Below, piece after piece: positions 1-12,170 of a stretch of 64,000 bases of DNA; position 1 is the stretch's first letter; every line of letters begins with the position of its first letter. The notes under the pieces were generated by a model, which ran no database searches, was not told where the DNA came from, and was given only the letters and a program-made list of their open reading frames with translations. The DNA lies in the NCBI GenBank assembly GCA_964016885.1, contig OZ024754.1:29140001-29204000 (forward strand). The letters are read 5' to 3'. Source of the stretch: Eledone cirrhosa (taxonomy: Eukaryota). A program made the translations under genes and the position numbers.

Positions 1-382
1 CAATGTGGACATGGGCAAACCGCATCGGGTCATCCAGATCGTATTTAGATAGGGTATTCTGTAGGGAAACAGATAAGGCTAGTGTAGGCTGTCCACAATT
101 TAAAGTAGTCGACTACACGGACCACAAATTTGTGATCTGTGAAGTTGACTTAGATAGACTCCATAGGCAAGGGCCCGGCTACTGGAAGCTGAACGCGTCG
201 TTTCCGGGGCGCAAAGCTTACAGAGAGCGGATTAGCGAATTAGTTAAGCGTGCGTTGACGGGTACGATCGTCAACAACAGGTGGTGGTTTACCCTGAAAA
301 GGGCTATTAGAGTAGAATTGATAAGGTTTAGCAAAGGAGTAGTAATAGAGGAAAATAGAGTAGAGGGAGAGTTAGTTAGAAA
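1..382 (+). mobile_element. L1/Tx1-clade non-LTR retrotransposon fragment (C-terminal part of APE endonuclease plus linker)
   Basis: ORF 3..407 reads WTW..SRSYLDRVF..YTDHKFV..GPGYWKLNAS, matching the APE motifs (S-x-[IL]D, SDH-like TDH) and the G.GYWKLN motif of L1/Tx1 ORF2. Cut by the window edge and by the next element. Confidence 0.8.
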
Positions 383-1845
383 GCTTTGTGGAACATGTTG
401 TAGATAGTCAATAGCTTCCTAGTCTTCCTATCCATTTCTTTTTGTTCAGCAACATTCCATTTCAAAATTCCCACACTGTACCTAATAATAGACACAGCTC
501 GGGAATTCACTGCTCTTATGACATTCCTACTATTTATATGTGATTTTAATACGCTCCTTACTCTCCTTATGTACTCAGATCTTATCAATTCCTTCATTTT
601 TTTGTTCTTGATGTCATCTGCCTCCAGAAAACCTAAATATTTTTATCCCTCTTCAGTGTAAATTTCCTTTATCATCTCACCTGTTGGTACCCGGATTCCG
701 TTGCTTCTTCATCACTAGGACTCCACACTTATTGATACCAAATTCCATACATATGTCATTGCTGAAAATACGGACAGTGTCAACAAGTACAACCGACTCC
801 TCACTCTTCCCAAAGAGTTTAAGATCGTCCATGAAGAGGGAGTGGTTGCTAGTAATCTCTCATCTTCCCAGCTTGTATCCTGTTCTCACTTTTTGCAATG
901 TAACGGACAGTGGTATCAGGGTAAGGACAAACAACAAAGCAAACAAACTATCTCCCTGGAAGATACCTCTCTTGATCTTCACGTCTTCCAAGGATTCTCC
1001 ACCTGATGTTAGCTCTGTTTCCCAGGACTTCATACTTTTACTTAATAGCTGTCTGATGTTTCTACCACCTTGAAGATATCTAGGCTTTTGGTTATCCAAG
1101 AATGAGGTACCATGTCGAATGCCTTTTTGTAATCTATCCATCCCATGGCAAGACCAATATGCCTCCTCTTGCAATTCCTCATTACCATCTTATCAATAAG
1201 TAACCGGTCTTTTGTTCCACGGAACTTATTCCGGCGTCTTTTCTGTTTGTCCGGCAATAAGTTGTTTATGTGGAGGTAATAGTAGATTTCCTCAGACACA
1301 ATGCTTGTTAACAGTTTCCACATTACGGATAGACATGTGATAGGCCTATAGTTGGTAACATCATTGTCCTTGATTCGGTCTTTCATTACCAGAACTGTGG
1401 TACCTTTTGTCAACCACTCTGGTACTTCACCCGACATCAAGCAGTCATTAAACATGGTTGTCAGTTTTGGGTGGAGGGATGTTATATTTTTTATCTAATA
1501 CTCTTGCACACCATCTGGGCCTGGTTATTTCCAGTTGGTTATTTTTTTGGACTGCCCTTCAAGAGTTTCAACTGTAATATTCAAATCAGGTAGTTGGTGT
1601 GCTTGTTCACTAATCTCCTTTTGAACTGTCTCAATCCACACTACCTGACTATTATGTTCAACATCCTGCTCCCATATTTTTCTCCAGAATGTCTTAGTCT
1701 GTTCAGTCTCAGGGATCACGTCGTTACCTCTTTCTTTCCCTTCAAGCTGTTCAAACAACATCTTCTGGTTGTTGTCAAACATGCGGTTCTGTCTATACTG
1801 ACTGACTCTGTTCTCATACCGCCTAATCTTTGCACTTTTTGCTAC
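383..1845 (-). mobile_element. R4/Dong-like non-LTR retrotransposon, degenerate RT region
   Basis: Frameshifted pieces: NYRPITCLSVMWKLLT, WIDYKKAFDMVPHSWI, RGIFQGDSL, HSLFMDDL (ttcatggacgat), EYIRRVRSVLKSH. The last is the same family as 6643-7957. Confidence 0.9.
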
Positions 1846-1890
1846 AAAAAAAAAAGTGCAAAGATTATGTGCAATTATTATTATGATTAT

Positions 1891-1990
1891 GCCGAGGTTA
1901 ACTTTGCCTTCCATCCTTACGGGGTCGATAAAATAAAGTACCAGTAATTCACTGGGTAATTGCTGGCCTTGTGCCTAACGTAGAAACAAT
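1891..1990 (+). mobile_element. tRNA-derived SINE, 3' half
   Basis: ccgaggttaactttgccttccatccttacggggtcgataaaataaagtaccag...gtagaaacaatt matches the full copies, e.g. 32031-32218. Confidence 0.9.
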
Positions 1991-2038
1991 TATTATGATT
2001 ATATATATATATATATATATATATATAGGAACGAGTAA

Positions 2039-2134
2039 ACCCCGACGGCTGAGCTCAAGCCGTTTCAACGGCTAATTCTGGACTAAATGAAAATGTTTAT
2101 CCTGATATATGAATAGCCGAGCTTCTCAAGGGGT
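2039..2134 (-). ncRNA. Type I hammerhead ribozyme, U3-A8 core variant (PLE family A)
   Basis: Stem I ACCCC/GGGGU, core UUGAGAA, stem II CGGCUA(UUC)/(GAAU)UAGCCG, GAAA, stem III CGGCU/AGCCG, GUC cleavage triplet. Confidence 0.75.
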
Positions 2135-3146
2135 AATTCCATATATGGTAAAAGTGATTGTCACAAGGATTGGTCAAAAGTTTGTTGTTGAGACACATAA
2201 TTCTATCATGGCAATTTGTGGAAGGAAGGGGTAGCTGAACCTGCCAGTAGAAGAAAGAGGGAGAGGGGGTGGAGGAAACCCAGTCGTGCGTTGATAGTGC
2301 CAACTACAGCAGGGCAGGAGGTCAAGGAAGTATACTAGGGAGGGGGAGGGGGAAGAAGTCGAAACAATAAGTAAAACAATATAGGGTAAATATATAGAAA
2401 AATACCGAGAATGTTAAAAAAACAATTAAATATTAAAAAAAAACAATTTCTGGTTACTATAACCTAAGGACAGCTATCAAGTCTCTCACTGGTACTGCTA
2501 GACTAAAGAAAGATTTACTAGGTGGGACGGAATTATAATGAGACCCTTTTAAGAGGTATTAGTAATCAACCGAGTATATCTTTCGGTGACGGGTCAACAA
2601 GTGGGGAGCCAAAATACTGAAGAAACTACTACGAAATAATAATTCAGAATCCCGAAAAAGAATACTAATACTATCTCTAAGGGTGCCGCTACGATACAAA
2701 CATTCTAGTGCAAACTACATAAATGCTCGTACGGAGTATATGAAAAATTTGATACGGAAAATTAATTCAGAATCCCCCCCCCCCCAAAAAAAATACTGAT
2801 ATACGAGAAATTAAAGCAAAGATACCACTAAGAAATGCAGAAAGCACGGAAAAGGGGCATCCATAGGATAAGAAGGCAAGTATCCGGGGTCTATCACATC
2901 TGCTATAAAAAGCGGAGTCGGCCAATTCTATCATAGAATAGGGGAAGGGGGTGGGGGTACTGAGGCTACAAAGGACCGAGGGGCTGCCTCGGGTGGGCGA
3001 GAAAGTGAAAAGGACGACGACAAAGAAAGAGGACTGGGGTGGAAGGACTAGGGTGGGATGGGGGGAAGAAGGAAATATAGAGGAAGCGATAAAAAAAAAT
3101 AAAAGAAGATCTTACGTCTACCTTTGCAAAGTCTGCAAGTGGGGTG

Positions 3147-3870
3147 TTATAGCCCTTGTCTACCCCCCGGGTCATTATGGGGTTTGAGGGCGGGGTAAGT
3201 CCTACGCAATCTGTGTTTGCATGCAGTTACCAGTTCATCTTTCTTGTTTAGGAGTTGGTCCGTCGAAAACAGCATTTGTAAAGTTTCCTCCGAGCATAAA
3301 TTGCACGGACGGCGTCCTCCCGTGTAAGAGTTGGCTCTGGACAGTAAGCTCCAAGTGAGATCATAGGTAATATTGTTATCCTGGAGGTCCCAGATGTGGC
3401 CCGAAAGTGTAGTGGCGTGACGCCGGGCCGGGTTTCGGAAGGTATGTCTGTGTTGGTATAGCCGGGTCTTGAAGTCACATGCGGTTAATCCTATATAAGC
3501 TTTGTTGGAGGTGTCCGTCCTCACGTTGCACTGGTAGATCACATTACGATCTCTGCATCTGTTGTCGATGGGGCAAATGGATCCATCAGGACAGTTGCAC
3601 CTCCTGGTCGGCTCTCCACTGCTATTTAGGTTATTTCTTCCATAGGGGTTGAGTTTTTTGTTGTTAGAGGAGACGATGTTTTGTGCAAAGTTTGGTGTGG
3701 TGCTGTAGGAGAGTTTGATGGTATTTTTGTTAATTATGTTGTGGTAGCGGTGTTGTAGTGGGAAGTGCTTTTCAATGAGCCTAAAGAAGATTTTCCGATA
3801 GGAGTTGTCACTCGGCGTTGTGGGTAGGATTGAACATGTTACATTGCGTGAGCGGCGGTGTCGCCTTCTG
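3147..3870 (-). pseudogene. PLE linker plus GIY-YIG endonuclease remnant (resembles Nematis-type PLE C-terminus)
   Basis: LIEKHFP..NKNTIKLSYS, CNC..CP..C, VIYQC..YIGLT..FKTRLYQH, CNLCSEE, LLNKKDE..CKH. Clade assignment is inference from recalled motifs. Confidence 0.85.
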
Positions 3871-4003
3871 GTTCCGCAAATTTTTCATATACTTCGTACG
3901 AGCATTTATGTAGTTTGCACTAGAATGTTTGTATCGTAGCGGCACCCTTAGAGATAGTATTAGTATTCTTTTTCGGGATTCTGAATTATTATTTCGTATT
4001 AGT

Positions 4004-4052
4004 TCATTTTGTGCACTGGGTGGTTGCTGGCCTTGTGCCTAGGGTAGAAACC
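4004..4052 (+). mobile_element. SINE 3' stub inserted in PLE arm, 16 bp TSD
   Basis: gcactgggtggttgctggccttgtgcctagggtagaaac flanked by attatttcgtattagt (3988-4003 and 4053-4068). Absent from the other arm. Confidence 0.75.
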
Positions 4053-4589
4053 ATTATTTCGTATTAGTCTCGGGACTCTGAATTATTATTTCGTGGTAGT
4101 TTCTTCAGTATTTTGGCTCCCCACTTGTTGACCCGTCACCGAAAGATATACTCGGTTGATTACTAATACCTCTTAAAAGGGTCTCATTATAATTCCGTCC
4201 CACCTAGTAAACCTTTCTTTAGTCTAGCAGTACCAGTGAGAGACTTGATAGCTGTCCTTAGGTATAGTAACCAGAAATTGTTTTTTTTTAAATATTTAAT
4301 TGTTTTTTTAACATTCTCGGTATTTTTCTATATATTTACCCTATATTGTTTTACTTATTGTTTCGACTTCCTCCCCCTCCCCCTGCCTAGTATACTTCCT
4401 TGACCTCCTGCCCTGCTGTAGTTGGCACTATCAACGCACGACTGGGTTTCCTCCACCCCCTCTCCCTCTTTCTTCTACTGGCAGGTTCAGCTACCCCTTC
4501 CTTCGCAAATTGCCATGATAGAATTATGTGTCTCAACAACAAACTTTTGACCAATCCTTGTGACAATCACTTTTACCATATATGGAATT

Positions 4590-4685
4590 ACCCCCTGAGA
4601 AGCTCGGCTATTCATATACCATGATAACAATTTTCATTTAGTCCAGAATTAGCCGTCGAAACGGCTTGAGCTCAGCCGTCGGGGT
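4590..4685 (+). ncRNA. Type I hammerhead ribozyme copy (family A), C3.A8 mismatch
   Basis: acccc ctgagaa g..cggcta...tagccgtc gaaa cggct tgagctc agccg tc ggggt. Inverted copy of 2039-2134. Confidence 0.65.
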
Positions 4686-4776
4686 CTTACTCGTTCCTAT
4701 TACCCACTCTACTACCCTAAGTATTGAGTACTTTGGTGCGTTATGGTCCACCTGGTTCCTTACCACATTTCCTTCG

Positions 4777-4831
<55 letters not shown>

Positions 4832-4852
4832 CTAGTTTTACACACACACAGA

Positions 4853-4883
<31 letters not shown>

Positions 4884-4920
4884 CGAAAGTCTAAGTGTAT
4901 AAGTAACATAAAATATATAT

Positions 4921-5097
4921 AATTGTTTCTACTTTTGGCACAAGGCCAGCAATTACCCATTACATTACTGGTACTTTATTTTATCGACCCCGTAAGGATG
5001 AAAGGTAAAGTTAACCTCGACGGGATTTGAACTCAGACCTTAATAGGACGTAACTATGCTAGAAAGCATGACGTCCGACCCTCTACCGATACTGCCC
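4921..5097 (-). mobile_element. tRNA-derived SINE, near full length
   Basis: Reverse complement has the A-box ggcagtatcgg, the B-box gagttcaaatccc and the conserved body. Confidence 0.9.
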
Positions 5098-5486
5098 TTA
5101 TAAAATATATATAATGAAGGTAATATAGAGTTAACATACATGTATAAACATCTACTTACTGTGCAAGTACATAGTTAATATTGGAAATATATGCTTAATA
5201 TGCAAGCAGACATACAAATGTGTAGCTAATGTACAAGCATATATTTAATGTTGCCAGCATATTTCTAATATTGCAAGTAAATATAGTGAATAGCACGAGA
5301 ATCTACTTAGTGTGAGAAGAGATATTTGTTAGACTGTTGTAAAGAAAGAAAACCTGCACGCTGAGCAAATCTCGATACTGTTATCTCCTATCTACTTTGT
5401 TTTCAGAATGAAAGATATAATACAGAATAATTGGCTATGCATACATATACACACGCATATAAAAATGCACATAAACACAGATATTT

Positions 5487-5523
<37 letters not shown>

Positions 5524-5556
5524 CATACACATACACACATGTATATATACACAAAA

Positions 5557-5587
<31 letters not shown>

Positions 5588-6110
5588 CACATATATATAT
5601 ATATGCACACACACATATACACACACATACACACACATATTGTTATATATTGTTATAAAGAACAGCTAAGCATATTTAAAAACTCTCTCTCTCTGAAAGA
5701 GAGGGGGAGGGGGTTGAATTTAAAAATCTGCTTAGCTGTTCTTTATAACAACAAAGAATTGCATTCTTTATGTTGCATATGAAATATCATTGTTAACTAA
5801 AAATAGTTGGACGGGATACCTGAAAAACCATCTCTGCCAGAGATACAGAAAATAGTACTGACTGGTAGAGTCCATGTCCTAAGAAGGACATTATCAATTT
5901 AAATACCTTAGAAAGACATTTACTGTTGTTTGTGCCCTTGTGGCATCATTTGTGTGACAATTGATTGTAAAATATGTGTATTACCAAATATTTTCTCAGG
6001 TGTCAGGTTCACACACGGCATGATTTGGGAAAGAAGTGGAATTCAAAAGAAATTTCAAATAATAATAACAATAATTGTTTCTAAATTTGGCACAAGTTCA
6101 ACACACAATA

Positions 6111-6174
<64 letters not shown>

Positions 6175-6177
<3 letters not shown>

Positions 6178-6333
6178 GCCCCTTCACGCTTTTTGTAACG
6201 CTTCAAAAGGCATGCTTGCTGGGAACAGCAAGAACCCTCCGATACGTCCTGAATATCTGAGGCTGCAGGTAGTTGCTTGATATTCATTCCAACGGACTTT
6301 CCAGTTAACTAACATCAATGACTGAGATTCAAG

Positions 6334-6419
<86 letters not shown>

Positions 6420-6607
6420 GGATTTGGAACTGCCATGAAGTCAAAGTGATCCCGATTGTCAAGGATTTGGAACTGCCATGAAGTCAAAGTGATCCCGATT
6501 GTCATAGGCGCACTGGGGACTATCTCCAAAAGTTTCCAGGGATGGTTAAAGAAAATCGGCCCCTTCACGCTTTTTGGAACGCTTCAAAAGGCATGCTTGC
6601 TTGGAAC
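6175..6607 (+). mobile_element. Short 3' fragments of R4/Dong element separated by (TAA)n
   Basis: 6175-6335 and 6419-6607 match the 3' part of 6643-7957 (RIWNCHEVKVIPIVIGALG, LGTARTLRYVLNI, 3' UTR). Confidence 0.85.
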
Positions 6608-6642
6608 AACAATAACAATAATAATAATAATAATAATAATAA

Positions 6643-7957
6643 TACTCTGAGGAAGGATACAAGTATTTGGGCGTTCTGGAGGCTGATGGCATAAAGAACA
6701 AAAAAATGAAGGAATTGTTAAGAACTGAATACATTCGGAGAGTAAGGAGCGTATTGAAGTCACATCTGAACAGCAGAAATGCCATAAGCGCAGTAAATTC
6801 CCGAGCTGTGTCTATTATTAGGTACAGTGCGGGAATTCTGAGATGGAATGTTGCTGAACAAAAAGAAATGGATAGGAAGACTAGGAAGCTATTGACTATC
6901 TACAACATGTTCCACAAGAGGAGTGATGTCGATAGACTCTACCTAAGGAGATCTGAGGGTGGAAGAGGTCTTATCAGCATAGAGGACTGTGTTCAGATGG
7001 AGAAAAACAACCTATACAAATACGTGACCTATAGTAAGGAGCCAATGCTCAGAACTGTACTGAAGGAGGGGACAGTAGGCCAGGGGATGTCCAAGGAGGA
7101 AATAACATCAAGGAGGAAGAGCAGCCTTAAGGGAAAATCCCTTCATAGTACCTTCTTTGAGAAAACTGAATTTAGAGATCCACAGACATGGAACTGGTTG
7201 AGAAGAGGAGACCTCAAAAAGGCTACAGAAGGAATGCTAATGGCTGCGCAGGAGCAGGCCCTCAAAACGAAGTGGTTGAAGCACCATATCTACAAGGAGG
7301 AGGCTAGCCCACTGTGCAGGATCTGTGGAGAGAGGAGACTGTGGCTCACATTGTGTCCGAGTGTAAACACCTAGCCCAGACCCACTATAAGGGCTGGAGA
7401 CACGATGTGGTGGGCAGGGTGATCCACTGGCACCTGTGCAAAGTAAACAATTTACCACATTCTGAGAAATGGTATGAGCATAGGACAGAGGCGGTGATGG
7501 AGAACAATCAGGTGAAGGTGCTGTGGGATTTTAGGATACAGACGGACAAAAAACTGGAACACAATAGACCTGACCTGGTGGTTGTGGACAAAGAAAAAAG
7601 ATTGTGTCTGATTGTGGATGTGGCCTGCCCGTTCGACACGAGAGTGCAAGAGAAGGAGAGGGAGAAAATTAACCGATACCAGGACCTAAAGTGGGAGGTG
7701 AAAAGGATTTGGAACTGCCATGAAGTCAAAGTGATCCCGATTGTCATAGGCGCACTGGGGACTATCTCCAAAAGTTTCCAGGGATGGTTAAAGAAAATCG
7801 GCCCCTTCACGCTTTTTGGAACGCTTCAAAAGGCATGCTTGCTTGGAACAGCAAGAACCCTCCGATACGTCCTGAATATCTGAGGCTGCAGGTAGTGGCT
7901 TGATATTCAATCCAACGGACTTTCCAGTTAACCAACATCAATGACTGAGATTCAAGG
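6643..7957 (+). mobile_element. R4/Dong-like retrotransposon, 5'-truncated (thumb, CCHC knuckle, RLE endonuclease, 3' UTR)
   Basis: YKYLGV, RLYLRRSEGGRGL, CRICG..ETVAHIVSEC, RHD, RPDLVVVDK..IVDVACP..EKINRY. One frameshift at about 7330. (TAA)n on both sides. Confidence 0.93.
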
Positions 7958-7966
7958 AATAACAAC

Positions 7967-7981
<15 letters not shown>

Positions 7982-8003
<22 letters not shown>

Positions 8004-8188
8004 TGGGAACTGCCCATATACTAAGGAAGATTCTGTCAATATAAGTACATCACAAGTCTAAACACTAAAGATGCATGTGTGAGTATGAATGTTCTTTCTT
8101 GAACATGGCGGACCTTGTTGTCTCTTGATGTCACTGGTTGTGACTTGGTGATAACTCGTATGAACATAAAGCAAGATAAATGCAACTG
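7982..8188 (+). mobile_element. 3' end of a second R4/Dong-like family
   Basis: Encodes MGTAHILRKILSI* (cf. LGTARTLRYVLNI*), then a different 3' UTR, between (TAA)n tracts. Confidence 0.6.
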
Positions 8189-8225
8189 TAATAATAATAA
8201 TAATAATGATAATAATAATAATAAG

Positions 8226-9030
8226 AAGAAAACTGAATTTAGAGATCCACAGACATGGAACTGGTTAAAAAGAGGAGACCTTAAACAAGCTACAGAAGGA
8301 ATGCTAATGGCTACGCAAGAGCAAGACCTCAGAACGAAGTGGGTGAAACACCATATTGACAAGGAGGAGGCTAGCTCACTGTGTAGGATCTGTGGAGAGA
8401 GAGAGAGGAGACTGTGGCTCACATTATATCCGAGTGTAAACACCTAGCCCAGACTCACTATAAAGGTTGGAGACATGATGTGATAGGCAGGGTTATCCAC
8501 TGGCACCTAAGCAAAGTAAACAATTTACCACATTCTGAGAAGTGGTATGGGCATAAGCCAGAGTCGGTGATAGAAAACGATCAGGTGTAGGTGCTGTGGG
8601 ATTTTAGGATACAGACGGACAAGAAACTAGAACACAATAAGCCTGACCTGGTGGTTTTGGACAAGGAAAAAAGATCCTGCCTGATTGTAGAAGTAGCCTA
8701 CCCATTCGACACGAGAGTGCAAGAAAAGGAGAGGGAGAAAATTAACCGATACCAGGACTTAAAGTGGGAGGTAAAAAGGATTTGGAACTGCCATGAAGTC
8801 AAAGTGGTCCCGATTGTCATAGGCGCATTAGGTACTATCTCAAAGAGTTTCCAAGGATGGTTAAAGAAGATTAGTCCACCCCCGCTTTTTGGAACACTTC
8901 AAAAGGCATGCTTGCTGGGAACAGCAAGAACCCACCGATACGTCCTGAATGTCTGAGGTTGCCGGTAGCGGCTTGATATTCATTTCAACAAACTTTCCAG
9001 TTAAATAACATCAATGACTGAGACTCAAAG
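8226..9030 (+). mobile_element. R4/Dong-like retrotransposon, older 5'-truncated copy
   Basis: Diverged copy of 7160-7957 with stop codons. RLE motif KPDLVVLDK retained. Confidence 0.9.
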
Positions 9031-9040
9031 AACAATAATA

Positions 9041-9300
9041 CAAGGACGATTTGTTAAGCCTTCATTACGTTTATTGATTGGTGACGCACGTTTCGCTATT
9101 GATCAGCTCAAAGTTCTATCTGTATCGATCTGGCCCGACTCTGGAATGAAAAGCTCGTCGGAACTCTGATGTTGTAATGACATAATTAATATATAAGGCA
9201 TATAAATGTCTAATGTTTCGCGTTCATATGTTGGTCAATTTATGTTGTTTTGACTAGTGGTTTAGTTATGAGGAATGTTTTGGCATGCATGATAGGGGAG
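9041..9300 (-). repeat. About 260 bp direct repeat (pLTR-like, family C), copy 1
   Basis: caaggacgatttgttaagcc...gttttggca is repeated at 11260-11515. Contains a hammerhead-like motif on the minus strand (9080-9164). Confidence 0.8.
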
Positions 9301-9324
9301 GTGAGCTTAGTGTCGAAATGGAAG

Positions 9325-9818
9325 TACGCCCCCACTCTCACCATCAGCGATGAAGCAAAGGACGCTTTCTACGAGGAACTCAACGCACTCGTGAAGGGCG
9401 TCCCCCCAAGCGATAAATTCATCCTACTGGGAGACTTCAACGCAAGAGTCGGGTCTGACAGCAGCAACTAGCAGGCCTCTCAAGAAGTTCAAAGACTGCG
9501 TGAAGTCCAGTATCAACAACACTGGAATCGCGCCAAAACAACTCGAGTCTCATGCTCAGGACAGGACTGAGTGGCGAGCCCTTACAAGACGCGCCAAAGA
9601 CTCTTTTGAAGAGAAGAGACGGGCAGAGGTCACTGAGGCCCGTGAAAGGAGGAGAAAGACATCAACAGCTGCCCCAAGCGACTCCGGTCTCTTCCCCTGC
9701 CCCCACTGTCCCCGGACCTGCAAGTCAAGAATCGGCCTCCACAGCCACCTTCGTGCCCATGGCAGACGGGAACTAAAATAAAGAAGATGTCATCATCGTT
9801 TACGATGGACAACCAAGA
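9325..9818 (+). mobile_element. RTE-clade LINE, internally deleted (APE fragment fused to C-terminus and 3' UTR)
   Basis: YAPT..KDAFYEEL..ILLGDFNARVG, then KKFKDCVK..DRTEWR..CPHCPRTCKSRIGLHSHLRAH and a short 3' UTR. Confidence 0.85.
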
Positions 9819-11259
9819 ATTGGGGGAGCGATGGTTGCTGTGAGTTGTGGGGTGTGGTGTTTTGGCTTGCCATAGACATGTCGGCGTGTACGTGGTGAGG
9901 CAGAGGTTCTGTGTGTGGTGTGGATGTGGTAAGGCTGTGCGTGATATGAGATGAAAGAGTGTGGTGTTGTACTAGGGGTAGATGGGTTCGATCTGTATCA
10001 GTTTGTCACGGAATAACGGGTGGACATAAGGGGGCTAGGTTATACTGTTTAGACATCGTTAAAGGGGATAAGCGTTATAAAGAATCAATGAGGAGATGAG
10101 AATGATATGAGGTTAGTGTATGAAAATATATGTAATTGAGGAATTACGGTATGAGGTTAGGGTTTGAAAAGACCATAGAAAAGACTATAAAAAAAATTTG
10201 GAGAGGTTGCTAAAACACTGCGGGTAGGGGCGAGATACCTGTTCGGTGCATATTGTGTGAAAGAATATAAAAAGGAAAATAAATAAATAAACATGTGTAC
10301 ACACGCACCCAGGGGTATATGCACATGCATGCACATCCACAAATGCATCGATGTAAATATATATACGGTCATGCATCACTCCACAGAGTCACACGCGGAA
10401 GGTACACGGAGCCAGACGGACATACATTACTATATGCGTCTGCTCGTGGCAGAGGATATGGAGTTTCCATACTGGTCCTCCTGCACTCCCACACTAGCCA
10501 CACTGGCTCACGTACACATCATACGAATTATAGGTATTTTCGGACACAGGGACCCATGCATGTATCGTACATATATCTGCGCCTCCGCATGTGTAAATGC
10601 TAACGAGATGTGGGTGCTCATTGTTCGGGGGTCCATACTAACCAATTGGCTATACAGGGGTGCAGGCAAACACATATGCACACATATACATACACACTCA
10701 CGTACCCATACATATGTACATATACATATATAGGTATATATTTATACACACATGTGTGCAAACACGAAACATGTGTAGATGTACGTGCGCTGGCATTGCA
10801 TGTAGATGATATCGTGTGGGGTTAAATGGTGGTAGAAAAAATATGAGAAGGGTGAATGTGTACTAGGGAATACAAGTGATGTTAAATAACGGTAGTGAAA
10901 TTAGTGATACAAAATGAGGTGATGAAATCCATTGTGGTGAAGTGTATGGTGCTGGTGGTTTGTATGTGCCTCAAGGGTATTTGAAAACGGAAGGCGTTGA
11001 ACCGGGGCACACAGTGCAACCTAGCCAAGAGGTAATAGAAAAAGAAAAAATAGATAGAGGAAAAAATCAATTCAGACTTTAGTCCAAAGAGAAAACAGTA
11101 TCATGATGTTAACAGGAAGGAGGCTAACAGCAAACTGATGCAGAAGTATGTGAAGACAATGTAAGGTCAAGAAATTAAAAGAGAGAGGAATAGAGGGGAA
11201 GAGACAGAAGATAGGGGTTTAGAGATATACAATGTCTCTCTCTCTATATATATATAATG

Positions 11260-11515
11260 CAAGGACGATTTGTTAAGCCTTCATTACCTTTATTGATTGG
11301 GGACGCGCGTTTCGCTATTGATCAGCTCAAAGTTCGATCTGTATCGATCTGGCCTGACACTGGAATCAAAAGTTCGTCGGACCTCTGCTGTGGCAATGAC
11401 AGAATAAATATATAAAGCATATAAATGTCAAACGTTTCACGTTCATATGTTGGTCAATTTATATTGTTTTGATTAGTGGTTTAGTTATGAGGAATGTTTT
11501 GGCAAGTATGACAGG
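11260..11515 (-). repeat. About 260 bp direct repeat (pLTR-like, family C), copy 2
   Basis: Diverged copy of 9041-9300 at a 2219 bp period. Minus strand has ccgacga...gaaacgcgcgtc at 11299-11383. Confidence 0.8.
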
Positions 11516-11796
11516 TGGGTGGGTGGGTCGTGTATATAGATTGTGTATATAGATATACACAATTTAACAAGTTCATAGTCAAGAAAGTTTGAGAAGTTGA
11601 GTCACGGTAACCCCTCAGATAAGAAAGCTACTTACATTCTACTTCATGTATTCAGTTCTATTTAGTGCGTCAACAGATGTTGTGTTAGAGTGCTATCTGT
11701 TGTACTAAATCACTAAACGATATATCTAGAGGTGATTTGATGTATTTCTTCCGTTTATAAGACAAAACAAACACTCACAAGTAAACACACATATAT

Positions 11797-11851
<55 letters not shown>

Positions 11852-11865
11852 CACACACACACACG

Positions 11866-11940
<75 letters not shown>

Positions 11941-11963
11941 ATATATATATATATATATATATA

Positions 11964-12170
11964 TAGGAAAATGTTCAAGACCCCGACGTTAGAGCTCAAG
12001 CCGTTTCGATTGCTGTTTCTGGACTAAATTCAGTCCAGAAATAGCCGTCGAAACGGCTTGAGCTCTGCCGTCGGGGTCTTGAACATTTTCCTATTACCCA
12101 CTCTACTATCCCAAGTATTGAGTACTCTGGTGCGTTATGGTCCATCTGGTTCCTTACCACACTTCCTTTG

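Larger units (their letters stand above)
2025..4779 (-). mobile_element. Penelope-like element (5'-truncated) with about 725 bp inverted pseudo-LTR, inserted in (TA)n
   Basis: 2025-2751 is the reverse complement of 3877-4700. The right arm has an extra 79 nt tail. A GIY-YIG coding remnant lies between the arms and both ends abut (TA)n. Confidence 0.9.

Noticed and set aside
7324-8412. Same-site frameshift in both Dong copies, suggesting programmed frameshifting
   Set aside because: The copies have different lengths of a (GA)n run (about -4 and +2 nt relative to an open frame), which fits independent slippage.
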